Shown here: positions 11,258-20,400 of the stretch, piece by piece
Position numbering within the stretch: position 1 is the first letter of the stretch
Layout of the letters: every line of letters starts with the position of its first letter
Virus record (IMG/VR): IMGVR_UViG_3300021964_000020
Strand: one strand, 5' to 3'
DNA: 57,714 bases
Origin: an uncultured virus (IMG/VR IMGVR_UViG_3300021964_000020)
Lineage: Duplodnaviria > Heunggongvirae > Uroviricota > Caudoviricetes
The notes under the pieces: generated by a model
The model's input: only the letters and a program-made list of their open reading frames with translations
Database searches by the model: none
Told to the model about the DNA's origin: nothing
Translations under genes and position numbers: made by a program

Positions 11258-12652
11258 TTATTCTAAACCTTGTGATTTTTTGTAAACTTCCGCAGCTCTC
11301 TTCAAACCACTTTCTTGTTTCTTAAGTTGGTGACCTAACAGTGTATCCTGTTCTGTTACATCAAATTTCATCATCTCATTATCGAAGAGACAATTATTAA
11401 ATGTTACACCATCTCTACCTATTCTTGATTTAACCAAGGTTAGGTTCGCTCTCTTACCTTCTTTTTGTTCGAGAGTCTTTGCTATTGAAAGGATAATATG
11501 TGCAGTTTGTGCTTTCTTAATCGATCCACCCATATCATCTATATTTACGATGTCCGCCGATATTGAACCTCTATTACCTTGAGATGCGGTCCAAAATGCG
11601 AAGTCAAAATCGGTACACATGGCATCTAATTGTCTGATAATACCACCTTCACCTTTCCATTCTTCATCAAATCCTCTACCTCTTTCAGCAATTAAACAAT
11701 CAACATAATCTAAGACCACCATATCTATCTTATAACCTTGTGATTGTAACTTCAAAAGTTTTCTTTTAACGTCACCAACGGTAGTGTTACCGTTTTGCAT
11801 TTTTATGAATTTGATGTTACCGAAGGTCTCACGATTAATCGCCTCTTTGTATCGTTCAAGGGCCATTGTCTTATTTTCTTCAGTTTTGACTTGTTCTTTA
11901 GCACTCATCTCTGACCAAACAGTAATGTGTTTTTGTCTGATCTGTTGTGTTGTATCCTCAAAAAATATCTGAACGACATTGTGTCCTGTGTTGGCCGCAC
12001 TATTTGCGAACTTAGATAAGATAGTAGATTTACCCACACCTGTTGGTGCCAAAATCATACCTAACTCACCCTTACCGAGACCACCCTCTAATAGATCGTC
12101 TAAACCGTCAATACCTGTTGGAATAGGTACTCTTGGATCTAAGTCTAACGCAAAGTCCACATCATCAAAAATGTCAATAATATCGTCATCAGATGTCCCA
12201 ACCTGTAGAGACTCTTCAATCATTTCTGTGATTTTATCATATGATTCGAAGTCACCCTTTTCAATGATTTCATTAACCTTTTTTAGAGTTTTTTTTAGGT
12301 CCTGTTGTTTACAGAAATTAAGTGACTTGTCTTTAACGTATGTTGGTCCAACCACAGGATCCTGAGCGTCTTGAATGTTTTGTAGTGTATCCGCATGAAG
12401 TCTACCTGCAAGTGGGTTGTTTGAATTCTCTTCTGCAATTTTTTGTTTAAGGGTCACGTAATTAGGAATGGACCTATAGGTTTCGGTGTATTCCTTTATG
12501 TGTGTTACAATATATTTGAAAGAATTATTATCAAAGTACTTACTTTCTAAAACCTCTATAATCTGTTCACCATATTTTGGGTCTTCAATTATTGATTTTA
12601 TTAATGTTTGTTGGAATTGGAATCCTAATTTACCGAAGGTCATCTCACTCAT
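11258..12652 (-). CDS. Replicative helicase (DnaB / T4 gp41 family)
   Basis: 'IPTGIDGLD..L.GGL', Walker A 'APTGVGKS', Walker B 'VVLDYVD', 'ASQGNR', 'KSRIG'. Confidence 0.93.
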   Translation of the reverse strand: MSEMTFGKLGFQFQQTLIKSIIEDPKYGEQIIEVLESKYFDNNSFKYIVTHIKEYTETYRSIPNYVTLKQKIAEENSNNPLAGRLHADTLQNIQDAQDPVVGPTYVKDKSLNFCKQQDLKKTLKKVNEIIEKGDFESYDKITEMIEESLQVGTSDDDIIDIFDDVDFALDLDPRVPIPTGIDGLDDLLEGGLGKGELGMILAPTGVGKSTILSKFANSAANTGHNVVQIFFEDTTQQIRQKHITVWSEMSAKEQVKTEENKTMALERYKEAINRETFGNIKFIKMQNGNTTVGDVKRKLLKLQSQGYKIDMVVLDYVDCLIAERGRGFDEEWKGEGGIIRQLDAMCTDFDFAFWTASQGNRGSISADIVNIDDMGGSIKKAQTAHIILSIAKTLEQKEGKRANLTLVKSRIGRDGVTFNNCLFDNEMMKFDVTEQDTLLGHQLKKQESGLKRAAEVYKKSQGLE

Positions 12653-12658
12653 AGTACT

Positions 12659-13111
12659 TTAATTTTTTAATAGTTCGTAGTTCAAATATTTTGTTGTTAT
12701 ATCGTTAGAAGAGAAGGTTTCACTAAGTCCACCGAGTACTCTTCTTAAGATTGGTCTGATGTCCACAGAATATCTCACCTTAGGGTGATAAATATGTGCG
12801 GGAAACACTCTTGAAATAAATACATCGTCATTTTGCTTAATCTCTAATTGGAAGTACTCTTCGGTGTCCGGACCTTCATGGTTAGAAGGGTCGAAAACGG
12901 GAAAATAATTTGGATTTTCGTGTAGAAATTCCAAAGTTTTTTCTTTCAAATTTTCTTCAATTTCTTCACAAATTTTTTTGACTTCATCATTTAACTCTAA
13001 AGATTTTCTCACATTTGGATTATATCCTTTTACGTTAAAGAATCTTTGACAGATAATGTTCCCACTTAAGGTGAACAAAAATTCTAATTTAGTAGTTTCG
13101 TTGTTACTCAT
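12659..13111 (-). CDS. Hypothetical protein in the replication operon
   Basis: 150-aa ORF tightly packed between the exonuclease and helicase genes; no motif recognised. Confidence 0.75.
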   Translation of the reverse strand: MSNNETTKLEFLFTLSGNIICQRFFNVKGYNPNVRKSLELNDEVKKICEEIEENLKEKTLEFLHENPNYFPVFDPSNHEGPDTEEYFQLEIKQNDDVFISRVFPAHIYHPKVRYSVDIRPILRRVLGGLSETFSSNDITTKYLNYELLKN

Positions 13112-14120
13112 TTGTTTTAAATTTTATTACTCTTTTATTTTTCTCTTTACGGGTTAGTCGTAAAAAGGGGTTGAGGAATTTAATCCACGCATCATCTGAT
13201 TTTGGTAAGACTGTAAACAACCCATCTTCCATCATCATCTTCATCGTGTTCTTGTAGGATCTTCCCTCGGGATCCAATTCTTCATTTATAAGAGCGGTGA
13301 TTGTTTCTCTTGCCTCGTCGGTGAGAAACGGTTGGTCTAAACTGACAATACTTTCATTTAAAGTAAAGAACTCCTCCCCAAATACACCATACTTGGTTAC
13401 GCCTGTTAGAAGGTTCGCTACTGTCTTGTTGTTTTTGTCTTCTTCAAACATCTTGTTGGATTTATCAATCACTTCTTGAATAGTGATTGGTCGTTCTCTC
13501 AACTCAGGGAATAGGGAAAGGAATTTTTTAATCCCCATATTTTTAATCCCTGCGATGTTGTCGGATCGATCCCCACATATCATTTTAACGATTTTAACGT
13601 TCTGTATGTGGATTTCTTCGTGTTCGTAAAGGATTTTATCGTCCATCTCATAAAGAAGTCTATGAGAGGGGTTATACACCTTTGTACGTTCTGAAACTAA
13701 TTGGGTAAGATCCCCATCAGAAGAGTAGACGATCGTATTTTCTTGACTATTCTGTGAGTAGTATGCAATACAATCGTCAGTTTCACAGTACTGAAATTCC
13801 CCTTGTCGGACATAGAGTTCTTCGAGGTACTGTTGTATTCTTCTTCTCTGTCGTGTGTAAGATTCTTTTTCTTTATCAGTTCTAAGTCTTTGTCGACGAT
13901 TTTCTTTGTACTTGTGGTACATTTTTCTTCGAGTAACCGCACCATCTTCTCCATCCCAAAAAACCACAATCTTATCAAGTCTGTAGTTTTCAAAAGATCT
14001 TCTTAGTACGTTTAGAAAGTGATAAATACCACCTATGTGTTCTCCTTTATAGAAGTAATTTTTTACTCCATAAAAACCAATAGTAAGTAAGTTATCTCCG
14101 TCTACTAATAAAACTGACAT
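13104..14120 (-). CDS. 5'-3' exonuclease / RNase H (FEN/Pol I N-terminal family)
   Basis: 'LLVDGDNL', 'VVFWDG', 'R..MY..YKENR', 'ETDDCIA', 'SSDGDLTQL', 'GDRSDNIAGI..MG.K'. Confidence 0.93.
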   Translation of the reverse strand: MSVLLVDGDNLLTIGFYGVKNYFYKGEHIGGIYHFLNVLRRSFENYRLDKIVVFWDGEDGAVTRRKMYHKYKENRRQRLRTDKEKESYTRQRRRIQQYLEELYVRQGEFQYCETDDCIAYYSQNSQENTIVYSSDGDLTQLVSERTKVYNPSHRLLYEMDDKILYEHEEIHIQNVKIVKMICGDRSDNIAGIKNMGIKKFLSLFPELRERPITIQEVIDKSNKMFEEDKNNKTVANLLTGVTKYGVFGEEFFTLNESIVSLDQPFLTDEARETITALINEELDPEGRSYKNTMKMMMEDGLFTVLPKSDDAWIKFLNPFLRLTRKEKNKRVIKFKTNE

Positions 14121-14147
14121 TAATTAACCTTTAAAAGGTTCAACACT

Positions 14148-15143
14148 CTATTCTTCGTCTTTGATATCAAAATCACCTTCAATACCAAGTTGGTTTTTCC
14201 AAAATTCAGAGTATTCTGATTTGTAACCTTCCAACGACTTTTTCTCCTCCGCGGCATCTTTCCCTTTAAGGAAACCATGTGCGGTCACAATGATCCTACC
14301 ATCTTCATATCCAAGTCCATTGACGTGGTTTTTCATAATAGAAATCTTTGTTCTTGTTGCGAATTTTACCTTTCTCTTATCCTTAACGGCAGAGATTGGA
14401 TTTGTACCCGCATTCTTTTGATTACCGAATCTGAAAACTAAGGTTGAGTTTAACCAAATAGACTCACCACCTTTTGCTTTAATCTTCGGTTGACTAAATG
14501 GGTTATCAGGTAGTTCGACCCATGGTTGGTTTACAATAACAAGAGTATTTGTAAACTCAGAATCCACTCTTCTTGAACCTGAAACTCTTTGGTTAAGTCC
14601 CATACCAATTTTATCGGATAGAACCGATGCATTGTGTTGTTTACCACCTTTACCATCAAAGGTCATCTTACATGGTACAGAACCTACCGAATCCCATAAG
14701 AAAAGAAGATCATACTCTAACTCTCCTTTTTGTTGGGCATCCAATAACTCATTTATGTAATCTGTGATCTGTTCTATATATTGGAACTCATTGTTAAACA
14801 AGAAGAACCCATCATATTCGATCTCACCTGTCGATTCATCAACCACCTCTTCAATTTCGAGTCCCATCAATTTTGCGTGAGGGAAATCCCATTTTTGTTC
14901 AGTAATGATGAATACAGGTAATACACCTTTCTTTTGTGCGTCCACTGCAGTTTTTACAAGTGCAGTTGTTTTTCCCGTATCAGAATGTCCGAGGAACATA
15001 TTGATGTGACCCATTGCAGGGCCCGGTAAACCGGTAGCATCTAAGAAAGCATCACCTAAATCAAAGAACTTGTCGGCCTTAAACTTCGCCTGTTTAGAGA
15101 ACTTTGATTTAATACTTTTAAAATCTTTCTTTTTAATTGCCAT
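14148..15143 (-). CDS. uvsX: RecA/UvsX-family recombinase
   Basis: Walker A 'GHSDTGKTT', 'LFLWDSVGS', 'IVNQ', 'KGGESI', 'KNHV'. Confidence 0.88.
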   Translation of the reverse strand: MAIKKKDFKSIKSKFSKQAKFKADKFFDLGDAFLDATGLPGPAMGHINMFLGHSDTGKTTALVKTAVDAQKKGVLPVFIITEQKWDFPHAKLMGLEIEEVVDESTGEIEYDGFFLFNNEFQYIEQITDYINELLDAQQKGELEYDLLFLWDSVGSVPCKMTFDGKGGKQHNASVLSDKIGMGLNQRVSGSRRVDSEFTNTLVIVNQPWVELPDNPFSQPKIKAKGGESIWLNSTLVFRFGNQKNAGTNPISAVKDKRKVKFATRTKISIMKNHVNGLGYEDGRIIVTAHGFLKGKDAAEEKKSLEGYKSEYSEFWKNQLGIEGDFDIKDEE

Positions 15144-15154
15144 ATTGTCTTTTT

Positions 15155-15239
15155 AAAAAGGACCCACCCACTCAGGGACCGACTTAGTCGGCATCAACTC
15201 CACCACGACGTTTCCGTCAAATTTATTTGGGGTGGGTCC
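15155..15239 (-). promoter_or_regulatory. Structured intergenic RNA element (three-way junction plus U-tail) between ssb and recA
   Basis: Perfect 10-bp outer stem (15160-15169 / 15230-15239) encloses GACG-GAAA-CGTC and CCGAC-TAA-GTCGG hairpins and is followed by TTTTT on the minus strand. Confidence 0.65.
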
Positions 15240-15247
15240 GTGTTTAA

Positions 15248-16093
15248 TTAAAATGGTAGATCGTCGTCCGCTTCTTGTGTTAATTGTGGATCCTCTACCG
15301 CTACCTTAGGTGTAATATCACCTCCGAAGTCACTTTCCTCTTCATTCTGAGAAACAAACTTACTTGACTCCTTACTCCACACAGGTGTTTCACCTAACGC
15401 TACTAACTGTAGGTATTCTTGTGGTTTAATAGAGTAAACGTCTCTCCAAGTATCAGGATGACTTACCCACTCACTAACTACTTCTGAATCAGTATGTAGT
15501 GGTGACTTATCCTCTTGAATGATAGAGTTAATTGATGTATACTCTCTACCATTAGGTGCTTTGTTCAAAGACAACGAGATGATAAGATCTCTACCTTCTT
15601 GAGTATCGGTAATATCACCTTTACTTCTAATGATTGGGATAATCTTATCTAATGGACCATCTCCTTTGTAGTTGTGTTTAAATCTCCAAAATTTTGGTCC
15701 ATCTGCTTCATTCTCTCTATCGATAACTTTAACGATGTAGAATTTTCTTGCTCTGTAGTTTCTTGCTAACTTCTTGTCATCTTCACTTCCTGTTGCAAGT
15801 AATGTTTTTCTTACTTCATTAAGTGGTGATGGTTCTCCATCTTGTGACGGATCATAAAGTTTCATCCATTTTCCGTCCACTTGAATTTCGTGGAACTCAA
15901 CCTCTTTGAATGGTGAAGTACCATCTGTGGTTGGTAGGATTCTAATTCTCTTCTGACCATTGGACGCTCCCTTTGGTAGAATTGTTGTGAAGTACCTTTT
16001 GAGTCGATCTTCAGACGACATTTGGTTGCCGCTTGCGGCTGGTTGCGTGTTCTTCTCATATTGAGATAAAATCGCATCAAGTGAATTGCTCAT
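15248..16093 (-). CDS. Single-stranded DNA-binding protein (T4 gp32-like)
   Basis: 'IRILP', 'FYIVKVIDR....GPKFWRF', 'GDITD...GRDL', acidic tail ending DDDLPF. Confidence 0.88.
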   Translation of the reverse strand: MSNSLDAILSQYEKNTQPAASGNQMSSEDRLKRYFTTILPKGASNGQKRIRILPTTDGTSPFKEVEFHEIQVDGKWMKLYDPSQDGEPSPLNEVRKTLLATGSEDDKKLARNYRARKFYIVKVIDRENEADGPKFWRFKHNYKGDGPLDKIIPIIRSKGDITDTQEGRDLIISLSLNKAPNGREYTSINSIIQEDKSPLHTDSEVVSEWVSHPDTWRDVYSIKPQEYLQLVALGETPVWSKESSKFVSQNEEESDFGGDITPKVAVEDPQLTQEADDDLPF

Positions 16094-16127
16094 AATTATA
16101 AATTTTAATTTATTAACGTGTTATAAA

Positions 16128-16156
16128 AATATACAGAAAAAAAGTCTAAGAGTCAA
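16128..16156 (-). promoter_or_regulatory. Sigma70-type (early/middle) promoter of the replication operon
   Basis: TTGACT (16156-16151), 17-nt spacer, TATATT (16133-16128). Confidence 0.75.
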
Positions 16157-16169
16157 CCCCCTTAGACTT
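16137..16169 (-). terminator. Rho-independent terminator overlapping the ssb promoter
   Basis: AAGTCTAAG/CTTAGACTT inverted repeat running into a T7 tract on the minus strand. Confidence 0.75.
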
Positions 16170-16196
16170 CATAAAGTGAAATATTTTGTAAAAAAA

Positions 16197-16562
16197 TTAC
16201 CTAAGTGTCAGTAAATAAGAGAGTTTGTTGATTTCTGCCAACATCTCATCTTTGATGTTAAGTAAGTCTGTGTCTTTAGGGTTGATCTCCATCTCCTGAA
16301 GAGATACCCTAACAGTTTTGATCATACTTAATACATCCACATCAGAAAGATTCTGAATACTTAGTTGTCTATCTTCCTCACCTAAAACAAACCTACCGTA
16401 GATTCCCATCGCAATTTCAACAAAATTATCGATTAGATCATCCAACTTATCGTAAGTCTCACCAAACGCAATATGTTTAGCATGACTTTTAGTTTGCCAG
16501 TGCAAGACTTTTAATTGTGATTGTAATTCTAAAAAAGTTCTGACATTACCACTCAACTTCAT
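16197..16562 (-). CDS. Ferritin/Dps-like four-helix-bundle protein (DUF5856-like)
   Basis: 'LHWQTKSHAKH.AFG..YD.LDDLID.FVE..MG' and 'LLNIKDEML..INKL.YLL' resemble Dps-like helices. Confidence 0.7.
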   Translation of the reverse strand: MKLSGNVRTFLELQSQLKVLHWQTKSHAKHIAFGETYDKLDDLIDNFVEIAMGIYGRFVLGEEDRQLSIQNLSDVDVLSMIKTVRVSLQEMEINPKDTDLLNIKDEMLAEINKLSYLLTLR

Positions 16563-17211
16563 TGTCTTCGTCAGGTTCTATATTAAATGAGTCTCTCATT
16601 TGTTTATCGCTGTAATCTTGAACATCTTGTTTTGTGATTACGTATTCGTTCTTACCACTTGCCTGCATGTCGAGTTGTTTCTGAGAAAAGAACTCTGAAG
16701 GTTTTTGATTAAAAGGATATGAATCCAAAGACCTCATCTCAAGTTTTTCCTGTGGAGTTGGTTCTTTCATGTTCTCAACCTTACCTTCAAGACCGTCAAT
16801 CTTTGCAATTACATTGTCCATTTGTGACAACTTACTTTCTAAATCATCTAACTTAGAGAATAGGTCACCCATTTTACCAACTACTTCGTCATTGTCTGAT
16901 TTCTTAGCATCAAGTTCGTTTTTGATGTTCTGAGTCATATTCACTAAATCAGTGATGTCGATCTCTTCCACATCGAAGTCACCTTCACCACCCTCAACCG
17001 GTGCATCTCCCGCAGGTTCTTCTGCCGGTACATCTTCCACAGGAGCATCTCCCGCAGGTTCTTCAATTGCAGGAATGTCCTCAATAGGATCATCCCCTGT
17101 TGGAATATCTTCAGGACTTACTTCTTCCTGTTCGCTGATGACTTTCTTACCATAGTTGTTAATACTATGATGTCTCGCCAATTCCTCTTGTAGTTTTTGT
17201 TCTAAGTTCAT
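16546..17211 (-). CDS. Hypothetical acidic, coiled-coil protein (possible internal head protein)
   Basis: 221 aa; EP-rich acidic linker with a duplicated EEPAGDAPVE, followed by a heptad region. Confidence 0.7.
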   Translation of the reverse strand: MNLEQKLQEELARHHSINNYGKKVISEQEEVSPEDIPTGDDPIEDIPAIEEPAGDAPVEDVPAEEPAGDAPVEGGEGDFDVEEIDITDLVNMTQNIKNELDAKKSDNDEVVGKMGDLFSKLDDLESKLSQMDNVIAKIDGLEGKVENMKEPTPQEKLEMRSLDSYPFNQKPSEFFSQKQLDMQASGKNEYVITKQDVQDYSDKQMRDSFNIEPDEDNEVEW

Positions 17212-17213
17212 AA

Positions 17214-17417
17214 TTAATCACTTAATAATTGTCTACCGTCTTCGGTTATGTATTTTTTATTAATTCTCTCAACAAGACCATCTTTACTTCGGATAACGTA
17301 ACATTCACCTGTGTTCATGTCACATACTTCTTGTTCGGTACCTTCCTCATTAAGGTTTTTTACTCTCTTATTACCTAAGAAATTATCTAATGCCGATCCA
17401 ACTTTTAAATTATCCAT
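17214..17417 (-). CDS. Small hypothetical protein (C-x5-C motif)
   Basis: 67 aa, 'CDMNTGEC'; TATTTATA box 13 nt upstream. Confidence 0.7.
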   Translation of the reverse strand: MDNLKVGSALDNFLGNKRVKNLNEEGTEQEVCDMNTGECYVIRSKDGLVERINKKYITEDGRQLLSD

Positions 17418-17468
17418 AATATCTTTTTACTATAAATATCAAGTTTTTAGTAATTGTCCTCAGAATGT

Positions 17469-20400
17469 TTATTGTCTGATGTCAAAGTAAACAACATCAC
17501 CCTCTTGTAGTCTTAAGTCTTTCATAAGTTTAGGTGACATCCCCATACCCGTAATAACCTTTGTACCACTACTATCACTAATAGTCACACTATTGACATC
17601 CACGGGTCCTTCGATATATGGATCCCCTACAGAGATATTTAATTGGGCATCGGAATCAACAGTTTTAGTCCTACCGTTTAATGGGTTTTTGAAATCAGTT
17701 TTACAATTAAAAACAAGATCTTCAGGAATATTACCCGTCTGTACCTTCTTCTTATCAAAATCTAAGAAGTAATAATAATTACTGTTCGGGGTAATATTGG
17801 TGTACTTCATATTAGATGGATTAACTAAACGACCACTATTCGTTATAAGTAGAGGTAATGCCAATGTATTAGGTGTATTTTCATTAATCTTAGTTACCCT
17901 CGTTTTATACCAAATTTGACCCTTATACTTAACCTTCTCTATTGTTTGGTTACCGTTATATCCATTGAATGGGACTGCAAATTCAGTCACACCACTATCT
18001 GATGTTTTAACCTCACCCGGTATAGTAATGGTTTCTTTTAATTTTGGTCCATTTGTAATGTCTTTATCCGACTCCAATTCCGTTTGTGCCTTGATTTTCG
18101 CAAGTGCACTGTTCATTATCTTATCATATAATATTCTATATGACGCACTGAACGAATCTTTAGGATTAGGTAAACCATCTTTTGGCATTCTAACCCCCGT
18201 AAAACTCGTAGTAATGTTATTGTTCTCTATTCTATGTGAAACCTCAACGATCCAATATGCACCTTCAAATAGTGGTACGTTCTTTAATTGGAAATACATT
18301 GTGGGTTGTATCATCACGTCACCCATCATTTCAACAGAACAACTGTATGATCTTGTTTTATATATGTCATATAGTTGTGTGTCCACTTGTGTAATACCCG
18401 ATCCCGATTCAGATCTCGCAGTATTCTCAATGGCGAGGTTACTCTCGAATGTGGATTTAAATTGTGATTGATCCAACTTGATACTTTTAAAAATCCCTTG
18501 ATTCTGATCACCAAAACTCACTTCAAAGGCAACAACCTTATTTGAATTTTTAATGTCCTCCCTTTCAAAATAGTTAGGGTCTGTGATTAATACAGGGTTG
18601 TCATTAGTACCCCCAACGTTGAATGTGTCATTTTTAAATTTATAGTCTTTGTTAATCGATGATGCATCAACATGTGATGATGGTTTACCCACATATTGAA
18701 TGATAATCTTAGGTAATGAGTATTCAACATCAACATCTAAGAACTTACCAAATAGTAGTGATGCCACATCACTTGAGGTTTTAGTTTTACCTCTTCTTGT
18801 ATCATTACCATAGAAATTCACGTATGAAGGTAGTGGACGTATGTCAAGATTGTTTCTCGATAGTAATTGGGATATTGCGTTGTATAATCTTAAGTTTTGA
18901 CTTTCTGGCATTCCTAATGGTATGAGTTTCTTAACATCGAAGAAAAGGTCGTTTCCGATATCTCTATTTGCCTTATCTAAGAATAAGAACTCTTCCATTA
19001 TCAATCTCTGACCTAACGAGTTACCTGCGGTCCATCTATCATTAAATAATTTAAAATTATTGTAGACCTCTAACTTAAGTGGGTCCTGACCAAAACTTTT
19101 AATGATACCAAGATTATTATTTTTATCCTGTACCCTCTCTAAACCACTCATTCTTGATAGTAATCTATTAAGGAACATGGATAGTCTTTCTTCATGTGGT
19201 ACAAGTATTTCTGTTCTTAAGTATTCCTCAAAGTTTGTTCTACTTGGTTGTTCCCCCGATTGTCTCCAACCCGCATAAGTCTGAATAATTTGTCTGTGTG
19301 ATAAGACATTATCCTCACTTAACTCAATATTACTCACTGAGAAGAATTCTTGGTAATACCCATCCATATCTTCTCCGAGATATAGTTCAATGTATTTAGT
19401 GTTATTCGTTAATTGACTAACATTAAACTCACCATTTACAGTTCTTTCAGAAACACCGACATATGAATTTAATTTCTCTAAGTTCAATTCCTTGGGGTTT
19501 GTTATGGTCAACTTCATTAAGTTATTACCACTAAGAATGTTACTCGTTATCGTTGTTTGTTTCTTTTCCTGTCTAATTGATATTGCTCTTTCAATTGTCT
19601 CAAGATTGGTTAAATCGTCCCCATCAACTTTTTCAACGGTAACAAGTTCCTTTAAAAGATTTTGAAATCTGTTGTATGTCATATTAGGGTATCTACTAAG
19701 ATCAACCTGAGTGTCCACAACTTCAGTTGAGAACTCTAAGAATGCACTTTCGAATTCATCTAATATGTAAGGGTCAAAAGTCGCAATTAAATCGATTACC
19801 TTTTTCGTATTTGATTCTATGGATATGGTATTATTGGTCGACACCAATTTCTGATTGTACGATGGGAATGTGACCGTATCAAATTGGAATTCATCTTTGT
19901 GATCCTCAACCCAATCTACGTTGAAATTAAATTGTTCACCAATACCAAAGTCCGTTGAGTATGGGTATTGTCCATTTACCGAAGAAACCCTTATTTTTTG
20001 TCCATGAGACGGTAATATCGTATATCTCTTATCATCAACATCATACCTACTATTATCAACAAAAGAATTATAGTAATTAAAGTCACCAACCTTGAAGGAC
20101 CTAATCTTTAGTATGTTATTAGTGATTGAATTTTCAAACGAATTAGAAGTGGTATCTGTTACGTCATAGTACAAATACCCATTAACCACTTGATGGTATA
20201 TCGATGAATAATATGGATGTAGTCCAATATCTGTTTGGTTGGACCTTGTAATTCCTGTGAATATTAGATTTAGATTGTTGTCAAAGTATTCACCCCCATC
20301 AATTTGGGTTGTTATATTGTCCATTATATCCACACCTTCAAGAATGTACTTCTTATATCTATGATATATCGATCCCCATTTTAAGATTAAGTGGTATGGT

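Noticed and set aside
15175..15205. tRNA remnant suggested by CTCCACCA on the + strand
   Set aside because: No T-loop (GTTCRA) or cloverleaf; kept only as a note within the structured-RNA finding.
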